DNA of 11,461 bases from Chlamydiae bacterium RIFCSPHIGHO2_12_FULL_49_11 (GTDB taxonomy: Bacteria; Chlamydiota; Chlamydiia; Chlamydiales; 2-12-FULL-49-11). A program made the translations under genes and the position numbers. The stretch spans positions 1-11,461 of the forward strand of contig MGLW01000071.1 of the NCBI GenBank assembly GCA_001794905.1, given 5' to 3'. The first letter of the stretch is position 1. Every line of letters begins with the position of its first letter. The notes below the pieces were generated by a model. The model had not been told where the DNA came from. It searched no databases and saw only the letters and a list, made by a program, of their open reading frames with translations. Of the stretch, positions 1-8,568 are shown one piece after another.

Positions 1-7
1 AACGGCG

Positions 8-1666
8 ATGCTCTGCTTTTACCTTCTCTTTTCTTGCGTAAAACCGGGCATGCTTTTCGAAAAACTTCTACGGAAAGAATCTAAAGAATCTCCGACACAG
101 GCGCTGCCCGCACCGCCCGCCCCTCGCAGAGGAGGGGGCCGCATGCGGCAAAGCACCATGTCAAGAAGAAGCAATATAAGAAACCGAGCCAGGCAAAAGA
201 GGGACGAGTCGAGGGTGGCAGCTGTGGATTCTTCGGCTTCCAATCGGGACGTTTTGCTCCAGTCCATCGTCGGACTTCTCCGCTCCATGGACCGGGGTGA
301 GCGGTTACAATTCCGCTCCGCTCTTTCTCAAATCATGAACGAATCGAACGAAACCGGGACAGCAGCGTCTGAGCTTGAAAGGAGGAGAGAATTGCGTGAT
401 GCCGCCGGAGCGCTTGACACCACCGCATCGACTATGACATCGGGAGGGGGAAACACTCCTATCCCCAGTTCCACATCCTCTTCTCCGATCCCGCATGAAC
501 TTGAAGCGATGAGCGGGACGGCTCTTGTTAAACTGCTCGGTGAAGTTTCTCCTTCTTCCTCCATGCTTTCCCTTTCGGCGGCGTCGGAAAGAAGGTCCCC
601 CTCAGCGGAAGAACAAGGGGTAAGGACGGGCTTATTGAGACTCGGAGTGATGCAGCCTCCCGACGCAGTGGATTCTCTCACCGAAAGCGGCTGGAGAGGA
701 ATTTTACAAAATCCGGAAGATGTACTTTTTGATATGGTTTTCCGTCACATATCTAATGGGATGGAGAGCGATCCCGATTTGATCACTTTTCGAAAAGGTC
801 TTAAAGAAGCAAGGGAAACGGTCGAATCGGAATTGCAGGAAACCGGTTTTGTGGATGTCGATACGGCCTTTTCCGAAGAAAAGGCACTTGCCATAATGGA
901 GGGGTACCTGAAAAAATTCTCGTCCTATTGGATCGGGATTGAATCTGACCGGTCCGGTCAAACTCTCCAAGAAAAATTGCAGTCCATGGTAAGACATCTT
1001 AGGCAGCTGTCTCCTTTTTATGAAGATAAGTGCAATGATGCCAACAAATTGAAGTCGTTCTTAGAAAAGTTGTACAACAAATTTTGTCATGGGGAAAAAA
1101 TCGCCGGAGAAAAGCCAAAAACCGATTACATACGGCTTGAAACTGCGATGAATAGCAACCGGCTAGAGGAGCAGTATAAAGGACTGGGAGAATATTATTC
1201 GCGCTGGTGGGGAGATTTTCAAACCATCGGAACCGAAATCAATCCGGCCATGCGCTCTTTTGCGGAAATGGTAACGCCGAACGTAGCTCGCGGATCGGAA
1301 TTAGCGAGTAAAATCGCGGTTGAACTTCAGCAGCTTCTCAAAGAGACTGTAGCAGGGCTCCCCGCTTTTCCCGTTATTGAAAGAGAAATGCCTGCAAAAG
1401 AGGCGAAAGAGCGCATCAATGCGCTCCGGCTAGACTTTATCGGGCGTCAGGTATTCATCAAACAAAAGCTCATGGACTGGTTTACCCACATCATGCATGA
1501 TATATTTTCCAGGGAACACGGCGGCAAGTTCCAGTTGGTCGGGTCGGAAAAAAAGATGGTGTCGTGGTTTGTATCTCACAATTACATCGACCTCATGAAT
1601 AAGTTTCCGCATAATTTCGTGTGGCATGACGTCCTATCCGAATTCTGCGAGATCGACACTATCTAG
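8..1666 (+). CDS. Hypothetical protein, effector-like (low-complexity Pro/Arg/Ser-rich N-region, helical C-region); possibly 5'-truncated
   Basis: 552-codon ORF whose frame has no stop back to position 2, so the true start may lie left of the window. An alternative ATG at 143 has AGGAGG (130-135) 7 nt upstream. No recognisable domain. Ends in TAG at 1664-1666. Confidence 0.8.
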   Translation: MLCFYLLFSCVKPGMLFEKLLRKESKESPTQALPAPPAPRRGGGRMRQSTMSRRSNIRNRARQKRDESRVAAVDSSASNRDVLLQSIVGLLRSMDRGERLQFRSALSQIMNESNETGTAASELERRRELRDAAGALDTTASTMTSGGGNTPIPSSTSSSPIPHELEAMSGTALVKLLGEVSPSSSMLSLSAASERRSPSAEEQGVRTGLLRLGVMQPPDAVDSLTESGWRGILQNPEDVLFDMVFRHISNGMESDPDLITFRKGLKEARETVESELQETGFVDVDTAFSEEKALAIMEGYLKKFSSYWIGIESDRSGQTLQEKLQSMVRHLRQLSPFYEDKCNDANKLKSFLEKLYNKFCHGEKIAGEKPKTDYIRLETAMNSNRLEEQYKGLGEYYSRWWGDFQTIGTEINPAMRSFAEMVTPNVARGSELASKIAVELQQLLKETVAGLPAFPVIEREMPAKEAKERINALRLDFIGRQVFIKQKLMDWFTHIMHDIFSREHGGKFQLVGSEKKMVSWFVSHNYIDLMNKFPHNFVWHDVLSEFCEIDTI

Positions 1667-1674
1667 GGTTGGTA

Positions 1675-4600
1675 TTAATTATCCAGGTAGGGTTTGAATA
1701 CTTTGTAGGAGGAGGTGAGATGTTGGCTGAGCCTTTGGATATAGACAAAGACGGCAGGGATTACGAAGAGGGTGACAAGCTGCGCGATGATTAGCCCGCC
1801 GACAACGGCAATCCCGAGAGGGGCTCGCCCTTTTGCGATCGTGCCGCCGATGCCGAGAGCGATAGGAACGGCACCCATCATGGCCGCAATTGTCGTCATT
1901 ATGATAGGACGGAAGCGGATGCGGCATGCCTCAATTACCGCTTCCTCAATGGAACATTGCTTCTCTTGAAGCTGTTCGAGGGCAAAGTCGACGACGAGGA
2001 TTCCGTTTTTCATCACAATGCCAAGGAGCATGATAATTCCGATCAGCGCATAGATGGAAAGCGTTTGATGGAAAACAAGGAGGGAAATCAGCCCTCCGAA
2101 GGTAGCAAAGGGTACCGATGAAATGGGAGTGAGGGGATGGAGGAAATTTTCGTATAGGATGCCTAAAATGACGTAAATCACAAAAATGGCGACGAGAAGC
2201 AGACCGAGAAATTGGCGGATTGCTTGCTCGAAAGCGGCCGTCTGGCCGACGACTTTATGGATGATGGACGGGCTAAGCATGCTTTCGGCAATGGAGTTGA
2301 TCTCGGAAATGGCTTCACTGAGCGGAACGTTCGGCGCGGCATCAAAGGAAACAGTAACTGAGGGGAGAGCATTGACATGGTTGACCATTTCGGGAGTCGT
2401 TTTCCACTCGCCTTTCGTGACCGAATTGATCGATACGGGAGGCTCATTCTTCTGAGAGTTTGTGAGATACAAATAGCCCAGTTTCTGCGGATCGGTAATA
2501 TACGGATTGTCCATGTCCAAAATCACATAATACAGGTTTTCGGGACAGATCATATTCGAAATGTAAGTTTCACCAAGGGCATATTGGAGGTTATTCTCAA
2601 TACCGGTTGCCGTGATCATATTATACGAGTACGCCTGGTCACGCATGATTTTCATTTTGTAGGAGGGAGAATTGGGTAAAAAGTCGGAGCCCACATTGGC
2701 AAGCTTATCCGATGCTTTCAATTTCTCAATAAAGGCGGGCGCCTGTGCAAAGAGGGCTTTCACATCGAAACTTTGGAGGAGGTATTGTTCATTGGCAAGT
2801 CCCGATTGGGTCGAACCGATCTGTAAATTGATGAGCGGGTATGCCTTTTGCAATACTTCGACGCCGACAACTTCTTCTTTGAGCGTAGCGCCCACTTCGC
2901 GCATCACTTGCCAGATATCGGGCCGCTTGCCGCTTTTTAGAAAATAGAAGACAAGGGTTTCATTATCAACCGGGTTCGAGTTGGCGTAACCGATCTGTTC
3001 GACAAAAGGATTTTTCCGAATGGAATCGACCACGTGGGATGTGTAGTCCAAGATTTTTTCAGGAGAGGTGCCTTCGGGAGCGATGATGACCGCTTGCACG
3101 AGTCCTAGGTCGTTTGGAGGAAGGAACTCTTTCGGCATGACTTTTATGAGCCATACCGAGACCGCAAGAGATGCAATTGCTGCGATGATGACGACGGGTT
3201 TAAAGCGGAGCGTCTTTTTGAGAAGGCGCACGTAACCATTTGCAAGCGTCGTATTGAGCCAGTCGGAGAACCGTTCGATCCGCGATTTTGTGCGCGCTTC
3301 ATCATACGGAGGGAGGAAGCGGGAAGCGAGCATGGGAGTGAGCGAGAGGGAAATGAATCCGGAAAAAAGAACGGCCACAATGATAACGGCGGCAAACTCA
3401 TGGAAAAGTTGACCGGTAGAGCTTCCCAAGAAGAGCATCGGCAAGAACACGGCAGCCAGGCACAGGGAAATTGAAATCACCGTCACGATGATCTGTTTTG
3501 CTCCCTTGAGAGCGGCCTGAAGGGGGGAAAGCTTTTCCGCCTCGGCCCAGCGCACGATGTTTTCGAGGACAACAATCGCGTCGTCGATGAGAAATCCGAT
3601 CGAAAGAGTAAGCGCCGAAAGAGACATGATGTCGAGGCTAAAGCCGAAAAGGTAGGTGAAAATGAAGGTGCCGAGGACAGTGATCGGTAAGGTGATGATG
3701 GGAATCAGACTGTTTCGGATACGGCCGAGGTAAATGAAGACCACGACCACAACGAGAAGAAAGGCGACGACAAGTGTCAGCTCCACTTCCCTCACCGCTT
3801 CCCGAATCCAGTCGGCAAGAGAGAAGGGGACAAAGAGGTCGATCGATCCGGGAATCTGCTCCTTGAGCTGGTTTAGCTTCGCCATGATTCCGTCGCATGC
3901 CTGGACTGTGTTATAGCCGAGCTGCCGATAGATGGCAAGGCCGGTAGCAGGTTCGCTCGTACCGTCCCGAAACCAGTAAAAATGGTTATGGCAGTTTTGT
4001 GTTGTGTCGAGCAGCTTAGCCACATCCTGCAGCCGGAGGGGATTGCCGTCGACATACTTGATCACGACATCTTTGAACCCTTCTGCGCTGAAAATTTGCC
4101 CCTCAACCGTAGTGACCATGCTTTGCTGCGGATTGTAAAATTTTCCCGTTGGCACGTACGGGTTGGCATTCGATACCGCATTTGCTATCTCCTGGAGAGT
4201 TACATTGCGCGCGGCCAAAGCTTGAGGGTCTACCTGGACGCGCACCGCATATTCGAAGCCGAATGCCTGGATGTCGGCAATGCCGTTAACGGTGCCGAGT
4301 TGCTGTCCCAAATAGCTGAACCCGTATTTGTACAGGTCAGCCTCATTTTGGGTCGGGGAACGCATGATGACATAGATGATGGGGGTGTCGGCCGGGTTGT
4401 ATTTGGTATAGGTCGGCTGCTGCGGCAGATCGCTGGGCATGAACGAGAGGGCCGCCTGAATGGCTTGCCCCACCTCTTCTGCTGCCGTGTTGATATCGAC
4501 CGTATCGTAAAATTGGAGGACAATCGACGATGATTGGTACGTATTGTTCGATACGACAAATTCAATCCCTTGCATGAGCATGAATTGCCGCTCGAGAGGC

Positions 4601-4794
4601 GCCGAAATCAGATTGGCCATCTGCTCGGGAGAGCTGCCCGGATAACTGGTCGTTACCATGATCGTCGGGAACTCGATTTGCGGGAGGCTTGAAACGGGAA
4701 GCAATTTGAAGGAGAGAATTCCGAAAAATACGAGAATAATCATGAGTAGCGAAGTGAGAACGGGTCTTAGGATAAACGGTTTTGACAGATTCAT
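1675..4794 (-). CDS. RND efflux transporter permease subunit, HAE1/AcrB superfamily, MdtB/MdtC-like
   Basis: 1039 aa. The N-terminus MNLSKPFILRPVLTSLLM...LPVSSLPQIEFPTIMVTTSYPGSSPE...PLERQF is typical of MdtB/C. Proton-relay motifs are intact: GFLIDDAIVVLENI, KNGILVVDFA, RFRPIIMTT. The start overlaps the stop of the fusion-protein gene (ATGA, 4791-4794). Confidence 0.97.
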   Translation of the reverse strand: MNLSKPFILRPVLTSLLMIILVFFGILSFKLLPVSSLPQIEFPTIMVTTSYPGSSPEQMANLISAPLERQFMLMQGIEFVVSNNTYQSSSIVLQFYDTVDINTAAEEVGQAIQAALSFMPSDLPQQPTYTKYNPADTPIIYVIMRSPTQNEADLYKYGFSYLGQQLGTVNGIADIQAFGFEYAVRVQVDPQALAARNVTLQEIANAVSNANPYVPTGKFYNPQQSMVTTVEGQIFSAEGFKDVVIKYVDGNPLRLQDVAKLLDTTQNCHNHFYWFRDGTSEPATGLAIYRQLGYNTVQACDGIMAKLNQLKEQIPGSIDLFVPFSLADWIREAVREVELTLVVAFLLVVVVVFIYLGRIRNSLIPIITLPITVLGTFIFTYLFGFSLDIMSLSALTLSIGFLIDDAIVVLENIVRWAEAEKLSPLQAALKGAKQIIVTVISISLCLAAVFLPMLFLGSSTGQLFHEFAAVIIVAVLFSGFISLSLTPMLASRFLPPYDEARTKSRIERFSDWLNTTLANGYVRLLKKTLRFKPVVIIAAIASLAVSVWLIKVMPKEFLPPNDLGLVQAVIIAPEGTSPEKILDYTSHVVDSIRKNPFVEQIGYANSNPVDNETLVFYFLKSGKRPDIWQVMREVGATLKEEVVGVEVLQKAYPLINLQIGSTQSGLANEQYLLQSFDVKALFAQAPAFIEKLKASDKLANVGSDFLPNSPSYKMKIMRDQAYSYNMITATGIENNLQYALGETYISNMICPENLYYVILDMDNPYITDPQKLGYLYLTNSQKNEPPVSINSVTKGEWKTTPEMVNHVNALPSVTVSFDAAPNVPLSEAISEINSIAESMLSPSIIHKVVGQTAAFEQAIRQFLGLLLVAIFVIYVILGILYENFLHPLTPISSVPFATFGGLISLLVFHQTLSIYALIGIIMLLGIVMKNGILVVDFALEQLQEKQCSIEEAVIEACRIRFRPIIMTTIAAMMGAVPIALGIGGTIAKGRAPLGIAVVGGLIIAQLVTLFVIPAVFVYIQRLSQHLTSSYKVFKPYLDN

Positions 4795-5882
4795 TGAGAT
4801 GCTCCCTTGATTCGGACCGGTTTTCCGGGCATGACGTTGATTTGTCCGTTTGTAACCACTTTTTCACCGCCGGAAATTCCCGAAACAACCTCAATCGTGT
4901 CGCCCAAAATTTCCCCGAATTCGCACATACGCATTTCGGCAATCCCTTTATCATTGATGACAAGAGCGTACCGGCCCTTTTGGCCGCTGTTCATGGCCGA
5001 TATCGGAACCATCACCGTCTCGGGTTTTTTTGTTAAAATCAGTTCGGTGCGGATGAATTGCCCGGGCCAGAAGAGGCGGTCGGGATTTTTTACGATCGCC
5101 CTGAGGGGAATCATGCCGGTGCTGCTGCTGATCTCGTTGTTGACGACGATGAGCTCTGCAATGAAGTCGCAGTCGGGATAATCGGGAAAGTGGAGATTGA
5201 CGGTAAGGTCTTTAGTGCTCTGATATTGCATAAGGCGGAAAAAATCGCGTTCGGGGATGGAAAAGTCAATGTAGATCGGATCGAGCTGCTTGATAGTCAC
5301 AAGGGTATCACCGTTATTGGTAATGAGGTTGCCGATATCGACCTTCTTCTTTCCGCACAGGCCCGAAAAAGGAGCGCGGATGTAGCAGTAGCCGAGGTTG
5401 ATTTCGGCAAGACGGATTTGTGAATCATTTTTCTCCACTTCGGCAGTAAGGCTTGCCACCTGAGTTTGATATTCATGGAAATTGAGGAGGGAAACGTAGC
5501 TGTCCGACACAAGGCCCGCATACCGTTCTACCTTTTCTTTGGCAAAGTTGAGCTGGGCAACGTTCTGGAGCCTTTCTGCCACGGCAAGGTCGAGCTTGGC
5601 CTGATATGGGCGTGGGTCGATCGTTACTACCGGCTCGCCCTCGAGGATCATCGCTCCTTCCGTGTAGTGGATTTGGGTGAGAGCTCCTTCTACCTGTGAC
5701 TTGATTTCCACCGAGTTATAAGCCACAAAATGGCCGAAAGCCGGAACAAAAATCGGAATCGTCTGCACTTTAGCTGCACTCACTTCGACAAGGGGCGGAA
5801 GAGGTGCTGCCGCTGCCGTCGGTTTTTTCGTATGACACCCGAAGAAGGCAAGGATAATCAGGACGATACTCAAAATTCGCAT
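4791..5882 (-). CDS. RND efflux periplasmic adaptor (membrane fusion protein), MdtA/AcrA-like lipoprotein
   Basis: 363 aa with a signal peptide and lipobox-like LAFFGC. MFP motifs: VEIKSQVEGAL...IDPRPYQAKL, IRAPFSGLCG...VDIGNLI, LFWPGQFI, GISGGEKVVTNG. The start overlaps the TolC stop (TAATG, 5880-5884). Confidence 0.96.
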   Translation of the reverse strand: MRILSIVLIILAFFGCHTKKPTAAAAPLPPLVEVSAAKVQTIPIFVPAFGHFVAYNSVEIKSQVEGALTQIHYTEGAMILEGEPVVTIDPRPYQAKLDLAVAERLQNVAQLNFAKEKVERYAGLVSDSYVSLLNFHEYQTQVASLTAEVEKNDSQIRLAEINLGYCYIRAPFSGLCGKKKVDIGNLITNNGDTLVTIKQLDPIYIDFSIPERDFFRLMQYQSTKDLTVNLHFPDYPDCDFIAELIVVNNEISSSTGMIPLRAIVKNPDRLFWPGQFIRTELILTKKPETVMVPISAMNSGQKGRYALVINDKGIAEMRMCEFGEILGDTIEVVSGISGGEKVVTNGQINVMPGKPVRIKGASQ

Positions 5883-7297
5883 TATTTTTTCTCCTCAAGT
5901 TGTGGATTGGACATGCTTCCCGTCGCAAAGGCGATTTGGATGAGAGAGGCAAAAAAGTCTTTTTGGGACTGTATGAATTTCGCCCGGGCGTCGGACAAAA
6001 ACGCTTCGGCATTGAACACATCAATGATCGTGTTCACGCCCTGCTTATATCGAGCTAAGATGGAATCGAACTGCTTTTGGGCAGCATCGAGATACTTCAT
6101 GCTGCTTTTGTAGTCTTCTTTAGAAGTAACAAAGTTGGTATAGGCAGTGCGCACTTCTGCTACGATGTCGTTCCAGCTGCGGTCCACTTCGGTTTGTGCC
6201 CGTGTCACTTCTTTTTTCGCTTTTACAATCTGATTTTTGTAGTAAAAGCCTTGAAAGAGGGGAAATGACAGATTGAATGTGATCGTGTAGTCCCCGTTAT
6301 CGGTCAGGCCGCCCGTGAACCAGTCCTGTCCGCCATTTCCGGTGAGATTGATTTGCGGCAATATTTCCGCTTCGGTTTTACTCAAGTTTGCCTTGGAACG
6401 GAGCATGTTTGCTTTAGAGGCCAAGAGGTCGGGTCGCAATTTTTCAGCCTGAGAGAGGAGGATCTCCTCGGAAAACTCAAACCGTTTCAAATCGATCATC
6501 GGAAAGGCGATTGTTTTTACCGCCGCCTTTTCTGCAATGCCGACCGAGCGGAGCAGGTTGATTACCGCTTTTTCAAATGCATTTTCCTCTTCGGTCAGGT
6601 TCAACTTTTTTTGGTAGTAGCTCGTGGTTGCTTGCATGAGCTCACTTTCATCGATGATGCCGAAGAGCATTTTTTCTTTGGCCGCCTTCAAAGTCTCTTT
6701 TGCATCGGCAAGATCCTCAAAGCGGGCTTGGACCAGCGCTTTTTCTGCCAGCACCATATAATAGTCGAGAGTGACTTCTTTGAGAGTAGCCTGGATTTGT
6801 TGTGCCTGCTGCCAGTTTTGGTATTGGACATATTGATATGCCGCTTCCACCTCATTTTTCCTTACGCCGCAATCGAAAATCAGGTAATCAAAAGCGACGC
6901 TCGGGCCGTAGACGTAATATTTGGAGGTGAATGCCTGACCATCATAGACGGATACATCGCTCAACTTTGTCCAGCTGCCGTTGAACTGGAATGAGGGAAA
7001 GTATGCCGATTCTGTAGAAGCGTACTGATAGGCGGCAATTTTGGCATCTTCCCAACTTACTTTCAGGTCGGGATTATGCATGAGGGCAATATCGACCAGA
7101 TCGATGAGTTCTAGAGGCTTTGTGGGATCAATCTCGAATTTCGACGGACAGATCCGGTCCACGCGCTTTTTTTCCCGGACATTTGCCTCTTTGGGAATGC
7201 CGCTCGATCGGGACACGAGTGACGAAGGATTAAAAAAGCTCGGGCCCGTACAACTTGAAGTCGAAAGGAGTATCAGGATAGCAAAACAGCGGATCAT
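5882..7297 (-). CDS. TolC-family outer membrane efflux protein (probable lipoprotein)
   Basis: 471 aa with a signal peptide ending STSSC and two OEP-like repeats (LVDIALMHNPDL...YFPSFQFNG...FDYLIFDCG; AEKLRPDL...ILPQINLTG...LSFPLFQGF; RYKQGVNTIIDVFNAE). First gene of the RND operon. Confidence 0.95.
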   Translation of the reverse strand: MIRCFAILILLSTSSCTGPSFFNPSSLVSRSSGIPKEANVREKKRVDRICPSKFEIDPTKPLELIDLVDIALMHNPDLKVSWEDAKIAAYQYASTESAYFPSFQFNGSWTKLSDVSVYDGQAFTSKYYVYGPSVAFDYLIFDCGVRKNEVEAAYQYVQYQNWQQAQQIQATLKEVTLDYYMVLAEKALVQARFEDLADAKETLKAAKEKMLFGIIDESELMQATTSYYQKKLNLTEEENAFEKAVINLLRSVGIAEKAAVKTIAFPMIDLKRFEFSEEILLSQAEKLRPDLLASKANMLRSKANLSKTEAEILPQINLTGNGGQDWFTGGLTDNGDYTITFNLSFPLFQGFYYKNQIVKAKKEVTRAQTEVDRSWNDIVAEVRTAYTNFVTSKEDYKSSMKYLDAAQKQFDSILARYKQGVNTIIDVFNAEAFLSDARAKFIQSQKDFFASLIQIAFATGSMSNPQLEEKK

Positions 7298-7322
7298 TCT
7301 CGACTATACCCCTTACATCGGG

Positions 7323-7352
7323 ACAGTAGAGAGAAGACCCCTTTTTTGTCAA
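7323..7352 (-). promoter_or_regulatory. Putative sigma70/sigma66-type promoter for the tolC-mfp-rnd operon
   Basis: Minus strand: perfect TTGACA (7352-7347), 18-bp spacer, TACTGT (7328-7323). An SD-like AAGGGGT lies 10 nt before the ATG at 7297. Confidence 0.5.
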
Positions 7353-7353
7353 T

Positions 7354-7926
7354 TTAGAGTGTGGAGATAGCAGCCAAAAATTTATCTATCTCATATCGCA
7401 TGCTTGCAAATTTCATATCTTCTTCAAAATCCTCTGGTTTTTTGCGTTCAAGCCGCTGAAGAACCGTCCGCAGTTCTTCGCTGAACCCGTGTGGTATAGC
7501 TTGCGCATAGGTTTTGGCCAACCCGAAATTTTTTTGGAGCCGATCGAGCTCTCCCCATGCATTCACGCCGCTCCTGATACACACAAGTCCTGTGAGAACG
7601 AGAAGTCCGCCTAAAATAACCGAGGCAATGATTTTCGTGATGATGAGGGCAAGAGGTCCTGCAGGGAAAAGGAAAAAGAGGCCGACGGCAGCAGCCACGG
7701 TAAGTGCGATGAGAAGAATACCAAAGGTGATGCTCAATACGGCACCGACACGGAGAGAGGTTTTATTCTCTTGAGCCACCTTGAATAATTCTCCCGCCTT
7801 CGTAACTTCGTTCGTCGCAAAGGCAAACATGCGCAATTTTTCAATTTTTGTCATTGCATTATCGTCTTTCACGTAAGCATGAAAAACGTCAACATGTTCT
7901 TTACTTACCACATTAATTAAACTCAT
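7354..7926 (-). CDS. Putative inclusion membrane (Inc-like) protein with bilobed hydrophobic domain
   Basis: 190 aa. A 58-aa hydrophobic stretch (V60-I117) is split by an FPAGP turn and contains a single Lys. There is no Sec signal peptide, the C-tail is charged and helical, and the RBS context is GAGG-TTTTT-ATG. Confidence 0.8.
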   Translation of the reverse strand: MSLINVVSKEHVDVFHAYVKDDNAMTKIEKLRMFAFATNEVTKAGELFKVAQENKTSLRVGAVLSITFGILLIALTVAAAVGLFFLFPAGPLALIITKIIASVILGGLLVLTGLVCIRSGVNAWGELDRLQKNFGLAKTYAQAIPHGFSEELRTVLQRLERKKPEDFEEDMKFASMRYEIDKFLAAISTL

Positions 7927-7951
7927 AAAAACCTCACTAATTAGGTTATAA

Positions 7952-7980
7952 GTTTACCATAATATTCCATAATAGAACAA
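7952..7980 (-). promoter_or_regulatory. Putative promoter of the Inc-like gene with extended -10 and a direct repeat in the spacer
   Basis: Minus strand: TTGTTC, 18 bp, TAAACT preceded by TGG (TGn extended -10). TATTATGG occurs twice with a 10-bp period (plus strand CCATAATA at 7957-7964 and 7967-7974). Confidence 0.4.
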
Positions 7981-7987
7981 CAACTTA

Positions 7988-8515
7988 TTACGTCGGCATA
8001 GGACCTGTAAGTTGCGCCAAGAAATCGAGGAGAGAGTGAACCCGGTTCAAGACGGTTAAAAAAACCGGTGCCCTTTGGGAAAGGCATGCCATTTTCTGCC
8101 CGTCTGACAACACAGTTTTAATTTTAGGGCCACCCATGATCTCAGATACTTGATCTCGAATTTGTTGCGTGTGATGCGACACATCAAGTACGTACGAAGT
8201 GATTTTTTCACAATCGGAAACGAAGGAACGTATCTGTTGAAGGTCATTTTGGAATTTTGTCAAAAAATATACATGGTGAGCCTTTTCACACTCTTTCTTG
8301 AGCCGATTATACTCAGAATCTCCCCGTACATTTCGAGTCCTTGCCAGCATCACGTAATTGTGGGCAAAGCAGGCAATGCGTTTTATTTCCGCAGCGTTAT
8401 TACGCAGCTGTGCCTTTGCCAGACCATCTAACTGCGCGGGACAATCGTCGAAAGGGGGGTCATGTAAAGGATACGCTTCCGCCTTTTGCCAAAATGCACC
8501 GCACACAGCTTCCAT
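7988..8515 (-). CDS. Hypothetical protein (helical, soluble)
   Basis: 175-aa ORF with RBS context GGAGA-TTTTT-ATG, tandem stops TAA TAA and AT-rich spacers on both sides. No recognisable domain. Confidence 0.75.
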   Translation of the reverse strand: MEAVCGAFWQKAEAYPLHDPPFDDCPAQLDGLAKAQLRNNAAEIKRIACFAHNYVMLARTRNVRGDSEYNRLKKECEKAHHVYFLTKFQNDLQQIRSFVSDCEKITSYVLDVSHHTQQIRDQVSEIMGGPKIKTVLSDGQKMACLSQRAPVFLTVLNRVHSLLDFLAQLTGPMPT

Positions 8516-8568
8516 AAAAATCTCCGTTTTTACGAAAGCTTAATGAAATTAAAAATTTAATTCTATGT

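Noticed and set aside
19-1627. Small minus-strand ORFs (19-288, 305-496, 328-681, 704-997, 1430-1627)
   Set aside because: Antisense shadows of the long + strand ORF, with no recognisable motifs.
1675-7297. Idea that the tripartite system is a type I secretion system exporting the neighbouring orphan proteins
   Set aside because: The inner-membrane component is an RND proton antiporter, not an ABC transporter, and no RTX (GGxGxD) repeats are seen in the neighbours.
7303-7343. TATAGT 5 nt before the tolC ATG, and ACCCCTT repeated twice
   Set aside because: That -10 has no matching -35. The 7-mer repeat is short, and one copy is explained as the SD.
1679-7370. Many alternative-frame and antisense ORFs inside the efflux operon (e.g. 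3982-4533, 6353-6994)
   Set aside because: They overlap well-supported RND, MFP and TolC genes and are expected by chance at about 50% GC.
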